The notes under the pieces were generated by a model. That model was not told the origin of the DNA. It worked only from the letters and a program-made list of their open reading frames with translations, and ran no database searches. Positions 8,696 through 19,322 of a stretch of 64,000 bases of DNA are shown here, one piece after another. The translations under genes were made by a program, and so were the position numbers. The stretch covers positions 5,639 through 69,638 of the forward strand of contig CAZTZN010000004.1 of assembly GCA_964617715.1 (NCBI GenBank), read 5' to 3'. How positions within the stretch are numbered: the stretch's first letter is position 1; every line of letters begins with the position of its first letter. The stretch comes from an uncultured Armatimonadia bacterium. GTDB taxonomy: Bacteria > Armatimonadota > Zipacnadia > Zipacnadales > UBA5352.

Positions 8696-11350
8696 TCAGT
8701 TCAGCGGACGCAGCAGCCAGCGCCGCACGCTGATGATGGTGTTGGTCGCTTTCTCGTTCTTGCCGACCACGCGGATGGTAATTGTGTGCTCGCCCGGCCC
8801 AAGTTCCACCTCACCGACCGGCACCACGTAGCCGCCTGAGTAGACGCTCGTCCAGTAGGCGTCGAAGGGCTCGCCCACCGGCTCGCCATCCACTTCTACC
8901 TGGTTGATGCCGTAGACGTTCGCGAGCACCCAGTCGGCCAACAGCTCGTAGCGGCCCGGCTCGATGTCGGGCAGCGTGAAGGTGATCCAGTCGCCCACCT
9001 TGCTGGCGCCCAGGAGCTGCGAGCCGAGCCCGTCGAGACGCTTGGTGTAGCAGCCCTCGGCCACCTCGACCGGCAGGTCGCGCGCATCCAGCTCGATGCC
9101 CTCGAAGGCAGGGATGGTTCGCTCGAGCGTGACTGTGTACTCGCCGGTGTCTTCGAAGGGCATGACCAACACCAGCTTGGCGTTGCCGAGCGAGGATCTG
9201 CCGTCCCTGGTGTACGGGTTGTGCTGGCGCGCCGGCCAGCGCAGGCCCGCGGGCGGCTGCACCGTGACCGTCACGTCGGCGTAGGTGAACGCCCCGCCCA
9301 CCTCCTCCGCCGACAGCTCCACCGGCTCGTCGGTCAGCCTGACGCGCCGGTCATCAGCCAGCTCCACCGCCGGCCCGCGCATCATCAGCGGCAGGTGCGC
9401 CTCGACGCGGTTGCCCGGCTCGGCCCGGTAGGTCAGCACCACGCGTTCGCCCTCCTGGCGCACCTCGACCGAGCAGGTGACCGCCGCATCGGTCCGGTCT
9501 TCGGTGATGACGCGCCCGAGCGCCACGTCGTCGAAGTAGCCCTCGGCAACCGAGGTCGTGCCGCTGTAGACCAGTACGGTGGCGGCCACCGTGCCCTCGG
9601 GGGCCCGCGCCGTAGCGCGCACCTGCGTCCACTCGCCGGTGCCCGCGCAGGAGACCGAGCGGACGCTGTCGTCGATGCGGCCCTCCTCGCTCCAGAACTC
9701 GAGGTAGACCGCCGCGGTGTTCTCGGGCGCCCCCAGCCACCAGGCCTCGATGTAGTACTCGCCACCCGGTTCCGCAGGGACCTGCGGGCTGCGCAGGCCG
9801 AGGCTGCCCACGGCATCCTGATCGGACAGCCACAGCGCCTGCCCGCCCCCGTGGGCCTGGTCGGGGCTCACGCGCATCTGCTCCGCGGCGCCGTAACTTA
9901 CGCGCCAGCCGTCCGGGAACTCGCCCGCGGCGACCCCCTCGAAGCCCTCGGCGAGCAGCTCCTCGCGTCGCACTACCGGCGGGGGTGTGAAATCGACGTC
10001 CAGACGCGTGACCTCTCCCTCGCGGGAGACAGTCGCGTCCGTGGGCGTCCATTGCAGGTCGATGCCCTCGGGCGAGAAGTCGGGGCTCTCATCGCCGGGC
10101 GTGTGCACCAGCAGGCTCGGGTCGCCCACCGTGAACGTTGACCAGTAGGGCTGCAGCTTGGTGTTGCCTCCGCCGGCGACCATGCCCAGCTCCGAGTGGA
10201 AGAGGTCGATCAGGTTCTGCCGGTCCTGGATCCACCGGCTGTCGGAGACCTGTGCGGTGTAGGCCGACAGGCACCAGCTCCAGGGCTCGCCGTGGCGGAT
10301 CAGGGCGTCGGCATCGCCGAGCATGACCACCCCGCCCTCACCCATCTCGCCGGGCAGCACCACCTCACCGGCGCCTGCGTCCGTCAGCATCGAGGCGGCG
10401 TAATCGGCTCCGACCAGTCGTCGCTTCGGGGTGTTGTAGGCGGCGAGCTGGCTCACCAGGAAGCCGCGCCCTTCGGGGGTGAAGGTGAAGCCGACGTTGC
10501 CCAGCGCGATACTGCCGCCGTAGATCTGGCGCTCGTCGATCGCGGCCACCGACGAACCGTTGGGCCAGAGTACCGAGGCATGGAAGTTGGCCGAACGTCG
10601 CAGCGCCTCCAGCACCACCGGGTCCCGAGAGTGCGCGAAGTAGATACCCAGCGCCTCGACGTACACGTAGTTGTAGCCGATGACCGGACCGGAGTGTTCG
10701 GTCCAGAAGCCGCCGGGATCCTGGGCGGCAACGGTCTTGGCCATGAACTGCCGGGCGCGGTCGCGCCAGTCCTCGTTGTCGAAGCACTCTCCCGCGATAT
10801 ACAGCGCCATGGCGCGGTGCACCGGGATGTTCTGCACACCCGAATCGGGGAAGTACTGCGCCATTACCTTGAAACCCAGCAGCAGCCCCTGCTCCCACTT
10901 CGCGCGGCTCTCGGGCGGCAGGGCATCGCGCACAAGCTGGTAGGCGCGGATCCAGCGGCTGTAGGTCCACGGCATGTGGATCTGGCCCCAGTACGAGCCG
11001 TCCTTCTTGTCGAAGCGCCAGCGCCCGGCCTCGTCCTGGGCATCCACCAGAGCCTCGCCGCCGCCGGCGATGGCCGCCAGCAGCTCGTCGGAGTGATAGA
11101 ACGGATTGCTCGGGTCGTCGAGGCTCCAGGCGACTGCGAGCGGGAAGATCACGTTCTGGTCCCGGCAGATCCACGGCTCGGTGCCGAAGCGCCCGGTCTC
11201 GGCGTGGTAAGAGTTCAGGATCCCGGGGATGTCGTCAACCAGGCTGTCAATCAGGTACTGTCGTGGGGGCCAGGTGTCGAACTCCCCGGCATCGGCCGTG
11301 GCGAACGAGCAGCAGAGAAGCATCATTGCACTCAGGCACACCGCCTTCAT
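8696..11350 (-). CDS. Secreted heparinase II/III / alginate-lyase-like (alpha/alpha-toroid) protein with a C-terminal CBM4_9/CBM6-like carbohydrate-binding module, 884 aa
   Basis: Signal peptide MKAVCLSAMMLLCCSFATADA. The N-terminal 400 aa are W/Y/H-rich with a toroid-lyase-like composition. The C-terminal block AAEQMRVSPDQAHGGGQALWL...EYYIEAWW...AAVYLEFW has a CBM-like beta-sandwich signature. Confidence 0.65.
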   Translation of the reverse strand: MKAVCLSAMMLLCCSFATADAGEFDTWPPRQYLIDSLVDDIPGILNSYHAETGRFGTEPWICRDQNVIFPLAVAWSLDDPSNPFYHSDELLAAIAGGGEALVDAQDEAGRWRFDKKDGSYWGQIHMPWTYSRWIRAYQLVRDALPPESRAKWEQGLLLGFKVMAQYFPDSGVQNIPVHRAMALYIAGECFDNEDWRDRARQFMAKTVAAQDPGGFWTEHSGPVIGYNYVYVEALGIYFAHSRDPVVLEALRRSANFHASVLWPNGSSVAAIDERQIYGGSIALGNVGFTFTPEGRGFLVSQLAAYNTPKRRLVGADYAASMLTDAGAGEVVLPGEMGEGGVVMLGDADALIRHGEPWSWCLSAYTAQVSDSRWIQDRQNLIDLFHSELGMVAGGGNTKLQPYWSTFTVGDPSLLVHTPGDESPDFSPEGIDLQWTPTDATVSREGEVTRLDVDFTPPPVVRREELLAEGFEGVAAGEFPDGWRVSYGAAEQMRVSPDQAHGGGQALWLSDQDAVGSLGLRSPQVPAEPGGEYYIEAWWLGAPENTAAVYLEFWSEEGRIDDSVRSVSCAGTGEWTQVRATARAPEGTVAATVLVYSGTTSVAEGYFDDVALGRVITEDRTDAAVTCSVEVRQEGERVVLTYRAEPGNRVEAHLPLMMRGPAVELADDRRVRLTDEPVELSAEEVGGAFTYADVTVTVQPPAGLRWPARQHNPYTRDGRSSLGNAKLVLVMPFEDTGEYTVTLERTIPAFEGIELDARDLPVEVAEGCYTKRLDGLGSQLLGASKVGDWITFTLPDIEPGRYELLADWVLANVYGINQVEVDGEPVGEPFDAYWTSVYSGGYVVPVGEVELGPGEHTITIRVVGKNEKATNTIISVRRWLLRPLN

Positions 11351-11520
11351 GGCTACCTCCGAAACCGCGCTCCGTCCAGGTTTCCCGTCGGCGCACCACT
11401 TCTCTGTCCGCCCCGGGGTGACCTCGCTCCGGCGACCACGGCCCCTTCAGGTGCGAGGTCCGCGGGTGTCGGGCGAAGAAGCCTGTCGCACGTGAGTCGC
11501 CGTGCCGAGGAGTGATCGCC

Positions 11521-13482
11521 GTGAGGTACGCCCTGCTGGTGCTCGTCGCGCTGCCCTGCTGCGCCGCCACGGCGGCCAATGACTTCGTTTTCGCCCCGCT
11601 GGACGACTTCGAGGATACCTCACCGTGGGTCAAGGGCGACCCGAACACCGACATGACCCAGCGCGATTCGGCGGTCGTGCCCAGTCGCGAGGTCGTGCGC
11701 GAGGGCGAGCAGTCGCTCGCCTTCATGATCCACGTGAACTGGACGCCGCGCGAGGGTGAAGAGTACCCCAGGGGCTGGCCCATGATGTCGCGCGACCTCG
11801 ACCCGCCGCAGGACTGGCGCGAGTGGGACCGCGTCTTCTTCTGGCTCTACACGCAGACCGACGACCCGCTGCCTCAGGACCGCGTACTGCGCGTGGGGTT
11901 CTTCACCGAGGGCGTGGAGGTAGTCGGGGGACCGTGGTACACCATCCCCGGCATCGTTCCCAACCGGTGGCAGGAGATTTCGGTGCCGCTCGACCCCGGG
12001 CGCGACCGGTCGCGCGTCAACCGCATCAGCTTCTACGTCGCCGAGGGCTGGTACCAGGATGGCGACCGCGTCACCTTCTACCTCGATGACATGCGCCTGG
12101 CGCGGCGCACCAGCCCGGCCCTGCTATCGGCCTCCGCATCGGCGCGGACGGCCGGGCGGGCCACCCTCGCGATCGACGTAGCCCTGGAGGGCAGGCCTGA
12201 TCCCGCGCGCCACAGCCTGCGCTGCACCGTGACCGACCTCGCCGGCGCCGAGCAGGCGAGCTTCCGCTGGCGCCTGGAGGAGCAGACGCAGCAGTTCGCC
12301 ATGGACCTCGCCGGCGTCGCTCCCGGCGGCCACCACGCGCGCATCGATCTGCTCGAAGGCGACCGCGTGATCGACAGCCGCGAGCAGTACTTCCGCAGCC
12401 TGGAGCCGGGGCGCCGCACCTACCTCTCGCTCATCAGCTTCTACTCCTCGGGTGTCTGGCAGGGCGACTCGCTCGAACCGCTGCGCGTGCTCAATGACTC
12501 GGCGTACGCGGGCGTGGCGCTGCCCTTCTGGAGCGCGTACTACACCGGTCCGGTTGAGGATTGGGAGGCCCTGGTCCCGAAGCTCGACCAGGCGCGCGGG
12601 ATCCTGGAGATTGACCCGTGGCCGTGGGTGTTCTCCAACCGCTTCATCGGCGCGCCCGAGGATGCCAGGGGCCACTCCGGCATCGCGTCACACCCCGAGT
12701 ACTTCCAGCGCATCCCCATCCTCGACCTCGATGATGAGACCGGCGCGCGCTCGGACCTGCTCAAGATGTGGCGGCTGGCGGTGCGCGCGGCGAAGTACTG
12801 GGACTCGCCGGGCATCGTCCTCGACCTCGAGGCCTACAACAACTACCCGTCATACCACATCAGGTACACCGCCGAGCGTCGCGGTGAGAGCTACGCCGAG
12901 GTGATCCGCAAGACCGAGCTGGTGGGCGAGGACCTGGCGCGCATCATCGAGGAGGAGTACCCGCGGTGCATCGTGTGGACGCTGTTCAGCCGGCTGGAGG
13001 TTGTCAGCCCGATCGCGGGCTACGACGGCGTCGTGCACCCGGTTCCGGGCCACATCAGCCTGGGGTTCCTGCGCTACGCTCAGGAGCATGGGGTGCCCTG
13101 CAAGCTGCTGTGTGGGGGTGAGACCACGCCCGGCTACTACAACCCGAACCCGGCGGCGCTGCGCGCGAAGATCGTCCGACGCGACCAAGACATGGCGCCC
13201 TACCTCGAGCGCTTCCCCGACCACCTGTTCCTGGCGGGGACCATCTCACCCTATCATGACATCACCGTCAACACGAGCTGGATGAGGGACCGGCCGGGAG
13301 AGAACCCCGAGATTCGCACGCTCGACGATTTCGCGCCCATGTTCGAGACGCTCTTCAGCGCGTATGACTGGAACTGGATCTACGCCTCCAGCGCCGCGAA
13401 GACCATGCCCTACGACCCGGCGCACAACGCGCTGTACACGCCGGTGTTGAGCGCCGCCCTGTCCGCGGCCGCCGCGGAGTGA
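11521..13482 (+). CDS. Secreted hypothetical protein, about 653 aa
   Basis: GTG at 11521 is preceded by GAGGAG at 11506-11511 with 9-nt spacing; the ORF track uses GTG 11512. Signal peptide MRYALLVLVALPCCAATAAND. Divergent from 8696..11350 across a 160-nt intergenic region. Confidence 0.6.
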   Translation: MRYALLVLVALPCCAATAANDFVFAPLDDFEDTSPWVKGDPNTDMTQRDSAVVPSREVVREGEQSLAFMIHVNWTPREGEEYPRGWPMMSRDLDPPQDWREWDRVFFWLYTQTDDPLPQDRVLRVGFFTEGVEVVGGPWYTIPGIVPNRWQEISVPLDPGRDRSRVNRISFYVAEGWYQDGDRVTFYLDDMRLARRTSPALLSASASARTAGRATLAIDVALEGRPDPARHSLRCTVTDLAGAEQASFRWRLEEQTQQFAMDLAGVAPGGHHARIDLLEGDRVIDSREQYFRSLEPGRRTYLSLISFYSSGVWQGDSLEPLRVLNDSAYAGVALPFWSAYYTGPVEDWEALVPKLDQARGILEIDPWPWVFSNRFIGAPEDARGHSGIASHPEYFQRIPILDLDDETGARSDLLKMWRLAVRAAKYWDSPGIVLDLEAYNNYPSYHIRYTAERRGESYAEVIRKTELVGEDLARIIEEEYPRCIVWTLFSRLEVVSPIAGYDGVVHPVPGHISLGFLRYAQEHGVPCKLLCGGETTPGYYNPNPAALRAKIVRRDQDMAPYLERFPDHLFLAGTISPYHDITVNTSWMRDRPGENPEIRTLDDFAPMFETLFSAYDWNWIYASSAAKTMPYDPAHNALYTPVLSAALSAAAAE

Positions 13483-13555
13483 GTGCGTGTCCAGGGCCTG
13501 CCGGGGAGCCCCCCAACGCCCGGACGCGGGGCCGACCCACCGAGGAGGACTGAGC

Positions 13556-16462
13556 ATGCGCCACGCCCTGATCGCCGTGCTCGCGCTCGCCGCTGCGGCG
13601 GGCTTCGCGCAAGACGACGCCATGACATTCTACGCGCCCTTCGACGGCAGTCCCGAACCTGCGCTTGCAACCGGCTCGGCGCAGGTGACCGTTGAGGGCA
13701 GCCCGCGCTTCATCGCGGGACGGGTCGGTCAGGCGATCGTGGTCAGCAACGACAACTGGCTGAGCTACCCGCTGGCGGGCAACATGAACCCGTCGCAGGG
13801 CGCCGTCGAGTTCTGGCTCCAGCCCATCGACTGGAAGGGCACCGACAACACCGACAGCCACTTCTTCGTGGGCGCCTTCGGAGCCGATCGCATCTTCATC
13901 TACAAGTTCGCGCGCTGGCGACACTTCACGTTCCACGTCGCCACCGACGACGCCGACCACTACGAGTCACTGCGGGCGGGCATCTACCCCTGGCAACCGG
14001 GCGAGTGGCACCACGCGGTAGTCACCTGGGATCCGGCCTACCTGCGCATCTACCTGGATGGCGAGATGAAGGCGGAGGCCTCGGTCCCCTCACCCATCGA
14101 TGACCTGGGCGACACCATCTACGTCGGCAGGGAGCTGGCGACGGTGCAGTTCGCGGCCGGCGAGACCGCCATCGACGAGCTGCGCATCTACGCCCGCCCG
14201 CTCTTTCCCGAGGAGGTGGCGCGCGCATACCGGCGCGCCGACAACCCGGAGATCACGCGACAGCCCTACGACGACCTCCTGGTCTACTACACCGGTTTCC
14301 CGAGCCGGCATCGTGCCGAGCTTCAGTTCGTCTCCTCGGTGCGTGTGCCCGACGGGGGCTCCGCCACGCTGACCATCACTGATCCGGAGAGCGGCGCCAC
14401 GCCCGTCGAGCAGGCGCTCACCGTCGAGTCCACCGGCACGCTGGCGGGCTGCGAGATCGACACCTCCGGCTTCGTGCCCGCGCGCTACGACGTGACCGTG
14501 CGCATCGCCGACGCCGAGGGGCAGGAGCTGCTGGAGCAGAGCAAGCTGCTGTGGATTCGCGACAGGTTCTGGCAGCGCGAGCCCCAGGGCCTCACCACGG
14601 AGGTCCCCGCGCCCTGGGAGCCGGTTGAGGTCGGCGGGCTGACCGTGAAGACCTGGAACCGCATCTACCGGCTCGGACGCGGCCAGGTGCAGAGCATCAC
14701 CACCGCCGGTGAGCAGATCCTCGCGCGCCCGCTGGGGCTGGTCGCGGAGTCCGGCGGCGCCGCCCTGCGCCACTCCCGCGACTGGACGCTGGTCGAGCAG
14801 ACGCCGCAGCAGGCGGTCTTCGAGTCCGAGCTGGCCCTGGGCGAGGCGCGCATCCCCCAGCGTCTCACCATCGAGTATGACGGTTTCATGCGCCTCGACG
14901 CCACCGTCCCCGCGGGCACCAGCCTCGACCGCCTGGAGCTTCAGGCGCCGGTGCGCGCGCCGATCGCGAAGTACCGTCGCAACTCCAGCCAACAGGAGCG
15001 CTACTACGTCTCGGGCGACTTCGCGCCCGGCGCCTGGCCGGCCGCCGAGGTCTATGACGTCTGGCTGGGCAACGAATACCTGGGCCTGAACGTGATCTAC
15101 GAGGGCTGCATCGGCTGGCCGACGGAGAGCGATGAGACGCAGGTGGAGCTGTCGGCGAGCGATGATGAGGCCGTTTTCACCGCGCACATCGCCCGCGAGC
15201 CGGTGACGCTCGACCGGCCGCTGAACCTGAGCTTCGGTATCATCGCGACGCCGGTGCGGCCGATGGCGGAAAACTGGCGCACCAACTGGCGGCTGTCGCC
15301 GCGGGTGGGGGAGATCCCCGACCCGGAGGTCGCTGAGGAGTTCGGAGCCGAGCAGGCGGTCATCTGGTGGTCCGAGCGCCCCGACACACCACGCTGGTTC
15401 GCCTTCCCCGAGCCCACCGCCCCGGACGCCTTCCGGGCGATGGTGGATGACTACCATGCGCGCGGTGTCAAAGTGGTCGTCTACGATAACCTGACGAACA
15501 TCTCCCCGAACGTGCCCGAGGCCATCGAATACTCGGGCGAGTGGTTCCATCGCCCCACCCCGGCACTGCTGCCCGATCCCGACCACCCGGCCCCACCTGA
15601 GCGCTGGCTCCACGCGAACCTGCGCAACCCGGACTGGATCGACTTCATCATCGGCTGGGAGGCGCGCGTCATTGACGAGTACGGCGTGGATGGCTGGTAC
15701 TACGACGAGGCGGTGCCGTACGCGATGGATGGCACCCATCCGGTGTTCGCGTACCGCGAGGCCTGCAGGCGCGCCTGGGTGGCCCTGCACGACCGCAAAC
15801 CCGAGGGTGGTATCATCACCCACATGTCCGGCCACTACACGGCGGCGTTCCTGTCCTTCAGCGATGCCATGCTGCAGGGCGAGCAGTACCGCTGGCCGCT
15901 GCCGCACTGGCAGGTCAGGAACGATTACACCCAGGTGCTCAAGCTCGACTACGCGCGCACCGAGCTGACCGGCATCAACCTGGGCGTGGTGCCGGTCTTC
16001 CTGCCCGAATTCTCCGGCGCGCGCGGCGGGGAGCGCAACCGGCGCAACACCGAGCACCTGCTGGCGGTCACGCGCCTGCACGACATGCTGGTCTGGCCGA
16101 TATGGTGCGACCCTGAGCCGATCCGTGAGCTGTGGCAGGCTCAGGACGAGCGCTTCGGCATCGGTGAGCCGGATGTCGAGTTCCTGCCCTACTGGGAGGA
16201 GCCGCCGGCGGTGACCGACGTTGAGGACGTGCTGGTAAGCGGCTACCGGAGGCCGGGCCGCGGACTGCTGGTGGTGTCGAACTTCCTGGGGCATGAGGAT
16301 CGCACGGTGACGGTGCGGCCCAACGCCGCCGTGCTGGGCTTCGAGCGGGCGTTCACGGCCGCCGACCTGCTGACCGGTGAGCCCATCGCGGTCGAGGCCG
16401 GCGCGCTACGCCTTGATCTGCCCGAGGGCCGCGCGCGCTACGTGGTGCTGATGGAGCAGTAG
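13556..16462 (+). CDS. Secreted protein with an N-terminal LamG-type concanavalin-like domain (Laminin_G_3-like) and a large C-terminal glycan-hydrolase-like region, 968 aa
   Basis: ATG at 13556 with GAGGAGGA at 13543-13550. Signal peptide MRHALIAVLALAAAAGFAQDD. LamG block GAVEFWLQPIDWKGTD...GEWHHAVVTWDPAYLRIYLDGE. Confidence 0.7.
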   Translation: MRHALIAVLALAAAAGFAQDDAMTFYAPFDGSPEPALATGSAQVTVEGSPRFIAGRVGQAIVVSNDNWLSYPLAGNMNPSQGAVEFWLQPIDWKGTDNTDSHFFVGAFGADRIFIYKFARWRHFTFHVATDDADHYESLRAGIYPWQPGEWHHAVVTWDPAYLRIYLDGEMKAEASVPSPIDDLGDTIYVGRELATVQFAAGETAIDELRIYARPLFPEEVARAYRRADNPEITRQPYDDLLVYYTGFPSRHRAELQFVSSVRVPDGGSATLTITDPESGATPVEQALTVESTGTLAGCEIDTSGFVPARYDVTVRIADAEGQELLEQSKLLWIRDRFWQREPQGLTTEVPAPWEPVEVGGLTVKTWNRIYRLGRGQVQSITTAGEQILARPLGLVAESGGAALRHSRDWTLVEQTPQQAVFESELALGEARIPQRLTIEYDGFMRLDATVPAGTSLDRLELQAPVRAPIAKYRRNSSQQERYYVSGDFAPGAWPAAEVYDVWLGNEYLGLNVIYEGCIGWPTESDETQVELSASDDEAVFTAHIAREPVTLDRPLNLSFGIIATPVRPMAENWRTNWRLSPRVGEIPDPEVAEEFGAEQAVIWWSERPDTPRWFAFPEPTAPDAFRAMVDDYHARGVKVVVYDNLTNISPNVPEAIEYSGEWFHRPTPALLPDPDHPAPPERWLHANLRNPDWIDFIIGWEARVIDEYGVDGWYYDEAVPYAMDGTHPVFAYREACRRAWVALHDRKPEGGIITHMSGHYTAAFLSFSDAMLQGEQYRWPLPHWQVRNDYTQVLKLDYARTELTGINLGVVPVFLPEFSGARGGERNRRNTEHLLAVTRLHDMLVWPIWCDPEPIRELWQAQDERFGIGEPDVEFLPYWEEPPAVTDVEDVLVSGYRRPGRGLLVVSNFLGHEDRTVTVRPNAAVLGFERAFTAADLLTGEPIAVEAGALRLDLPEGRARYVVLMEQ

Positions 16463-16518
16463 CGGCCGGCGGGACCTCGTCGTCGGAGAGGCGGGACCAC
16501 CGTCCGCCCCGCCGCTCG

Positions 16519-18939
16519 TCAGTCCCGGGCTCCCAGCGCCGCCCGCAGCGCCACGATGTGGTTGGCCGTGGTGCGGCGCAGGCGCTCGTAGTCGGCGCCG
16601 GTAAGCCGGTCGGCGATGGTCGAGACCACCGGGTAGTTCGCATACTCCTCGCGACTCACCGTCTGCACCTCGTCCGAGGTGGGCATCATCGCGCGCACCT
16701 CGTCCAGCCACGCCCGCGCCGCCGCGCAGTCAACGGCGCGTTCGGTCGCCTGCCCCACCAGCTCCTCGAGCATGCACAGATACCAGGTGTCCTGCGCGCC
16801 CAGCCGGAAGCCCTCCCAGTTGCGCGTGGCGATGGGGGTCACGAAGTCCTCGGGCGACATGACCGTGTAGGCCATGTTGTGGATGAAGGGCAGCGGCCAG
16901 GAGCGCATGGTGCGGTAGCGGTACGGGCAGTGCACCGTCAGCGGGCTGGTCCACAGGTAGAGGCCGTTGATGATGCGCGCCCACTCGGCGACGTACCAGG
17001 ATCGGTGCGGGTTGAAGTAGAGCCAGCCCTCGTCACCCGCGGCCGCCAGCTCTTCTCCCAGCGCCTGCCACGAGCCCCCGGCCTGCAGGTGCCTGTCCAT
17101 GGCGTAGCCGTTGTAGCAGCGGATGTCCATCCACGGATCGAGATCGGCGATGGCGCCCGGCACGTAGTCCCGCGGCAGCGTGTGCATGGTGATGTAGATG
17201 CGCTGCCGGGGGACGCGCCGGATCGGACGCGCCAGCTCGATGAACAGGTAGCGCCGCCGCTCACCCATCACCTCGTCCATGTGCGTGAGCACGATCTCGA
17301 ACTCGGGGTACTGCGCCTTGAGGGGCTCGAGCCCCCGGATGGCGCGCTCCACCGCTTCGGCGTAGCGCCCATCGCCCGCCAGCGACTCGCCGCGGTCGCC
17401 CTCGTGGATGTCCTCGTGCCCGAGCAGCGCCGCGATCTGGCGGAACTCATCCATGACGATGATCTCGCCGTGGAAGCCGAACTCGCGCAGCAGCGCCAGG
17501 CCCTCGGCCAGCTCGTCGTAGGAGCTGACGATCGCGCCATCAACCAGCTCATGGCGGAGCCGCAGGTAGCTGAACAGGCGGGTGACGTGGTGATCGCGCA
17601 GGTCCTGCAGCTCGGCGCGCACGCGCTCGCGCACCGCGGGCGCCAGGTCCATCTGGTAGTACATACCGAAGGCCTTGCGCTCGGAGGGTTCGAGCGCGAA
17701 GGGCAGCACCTCGACCTCGACCGGCACCGCCAGGTCATCGCCGCCTGCGCAGGAGACCGCGAGTGTACCCGCATACCCCCCTGCGGGAGCGTCGCCGGGG
17801 ATATGCACGGTCAGCGCGATCTCCTTGAAGCGCCCGGCGGGCAGGTCGAAGGGGTTGGCCGGGTCGAGCAGCGCCGCCGCGGGCACCCGCTCGGAGTCAT
17901 CGACGCGCGGTCGGGGGAGCTGCATTACCCGTCGCACCGCGCGCACCTGCACGTTGGCCGCCGGGATCGCGGCGCCGTCAGGCCCGGCGAGGTCCGACGG
18001 CGTCAGCGTCAACTCACCGAGATCGCGGGTCGCGTAGATCACCGCGCCCACGGTCTGCCACTCGCCGCGCGCCGCGAAGGCGCTCAGGCGCGGCGCGTCG
18101 GGCAGCTCCGCGGGCGACTGCGCCGGGTCCAGCTCATCGACGTAGTGCTTCGGGACGAAGTGATAGCCGCGCGCGGCGGCGGGCAGGTCGAAGGGATAGC
18201 GATCGAGGTCGGTGACCGGCGGCGGCAGGGTGGTGCTCGCCTCAGGCGCCTCCAGCTCGGGCGCGTCGATCGGCGCCTCCAGCGCGAACCGGGTGTGCGG
18301 TTCATCCCAGATCGCCAGCTCGTCGATGGCGCCATCCCACTGTCCGCTGATGGTAATGACGGGCATGGCCTGGCGGGGCGGGATGGAGTCGGCCTCCTCG
18401 CCGATCAGTTCGCCATCGACGTAGAGCGCCAGCCGGCCGTCGCCCCAGGTGAAGGCGACGTGGCGCCACTCGCCCGTGCGCCAGGCGGAGATGTCGGTGT
18501 CCACGCGCACATAGCGTCCGATGCCTGCGGCCCCGGTCGCGGCGCCGAAGACGTTGGTCGCGAGCTTGTTGCACTCGAGGTAGTTGCCACGCTCCACGCG
18601 CGCGCTGAAGAGCACGTGCACCTGCCCGTCGTCGCCATCCCAGTTGGGCCGCACCCACATCTCGACCGTGCCGCGATCCGGCCGGAAGTTCCCGTCATCA
18701 CCCACGATGGCGAAGCTCTGACCGGGAACCAGGGACAGCGCCCGGCCGAAGCGCCCCTCGGTGAGCTGCAGCGTCGGGTCCATGATCGTGGGCGCGCGCG
18801 ATCCGGCGGCCCAGCTTGCCGCCGCGTACCCGTCGAAATGCGCCACGTAGAGCAACCCATCAGGCACGTCCTGCGCAAGGGCTGCGGCGACACAGGTCGC
18901 AAGCATGGATAGCACGGCCAGCAGGCGAGCGGGGCGCAT
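16519..18939 (-). CDS. Secreted LamG-domain protein, 806 aa
   Basis: Signal peptide MRPARLLAVLSMLATCVAAALAQD. LamG block GTVEMWVRPNWDGDDGQVHVLF...GEWRHVAFTWGDGRLALYVDGE is homologous to the blocks in 13556..16462 and 45754..49833. The 784-aa antisense ORF 16558..18912 is rejected. Confidence 0.7.
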   Translation of the reverse strand: MRPARLLAVLSMLATCVAAALAQDVPDGLLYVAHFDGYAAASWAAGSRAPTIMDPTLQLTEGRFGRALSLVPGQSFAIVGDDGNFRPDRGTVEMWVRPNWDGDDGQVHVLFSARVERGNYLECNKLATNVFGAATGAAGIGRYVRVDTDISAWRTGEWRHVAFTWGDGRLALYVDGELIGEEADSIPPRQAMPVITISGQWDGAIDELAIWDEPHTRFALEAPIDAPELEAPEASTTLPPPVTDLDRYPFDLPAAARGYHFVPKHYVDELDPAQSPAELPDAPRLSAFAARGEWQTVGAVIYATRDLGELTLTPSDLAGPDGAAIPAANVQVRAVRRVMQLPRPRVDDSERVPAAALLDPANPFDLPAGRFKEIALTVHIPGDAPAGGYAGTLAVSCAGGDDLAVPVEVEVLPFALEPSERKAFGMYYQMDLAPAVRERVRAELQDLRDHHVTRLFSYLRLRHELVDGAIVSSYDELAEGLALLREFGFHGEIIVMDEFRQIAALLGHEDIHEGDRGESLAGDGRYAEAVERAIRGLEPLKAQYPEFEIVLTHMDEVMGERRRYLFIELARPIRRVPRQRIYITMHTLPRDYVPGAIADLDPWMDIRCYNGYAMDRHLQAGGSWQALGEELAAAGDEGWLYFNPHRSWYVAEWARIINGLYLWTSPLTVHCPYRYRTMRSWPLPFIHNMAYTVMSPEDFVTPIATRNWEGFRLGAQDTWYLCMLEELVGQATERAVDCAAARAWLDEVRAMMPTSDEVQTVSREEYANYPVVSTIADRLTGADYERLRRTTANHIVALRAALGARD

Positions 18940-19322
18940 GAGGTGGACCTCCCCGTCGGGTCATCGTCGCGTCTTGGGTCAGTATGCCCGCGGGTTGGTC
19001 GGCCGGTCAAGCATCATCTGTTTCTCCTGCCGGCGCCGCCGGCAGCCACTGCTTCAACCTCCGCCGCGAGATCGAGGTGGCATTGGCCGAGGTCACGGGC
19101 CGACGTGCCCGGGCGGAACTCATTGTACGACCGGACCGACTCAAGGGGGGCGTGTGCCACGCCTTCGCGCATGGTCATGCCAGGTGGCTGCCGAAGAACA
19201 AAGCGATGTAAGGAGAATGTCCGCTGGTGAAACAACTGCCGCCGCGATCGAGCACACAAATGCCGGTGTGAAGAAATCAGGCGACGCGTGCCTCCTCGCA
19301 CTCGCCTGGGCAGTCCGCCGCA

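Noticed and set aside
16558-18912. 784-aa + strand ORF (also 14090..16294 at 734 aa, 45973..47634 at 553 aa, and 50261..52333 at 690 aa on the minus strand)
   Set aside because: Each is antisense to a gene with a signal peptide and recognisable domains. Each has low-complexity Arg/Gly/Ala/His/Val composition and no start context. All are GC-driven spurious ORFs.
18940-19322. AAGGAGAATG on the + strand suggesting a small gene start
   Set aside because: The SD-to-ATG spacing is only 1 nt. The downstream frame runs antisense into the DUF1080-like gene and is compositionally junk.
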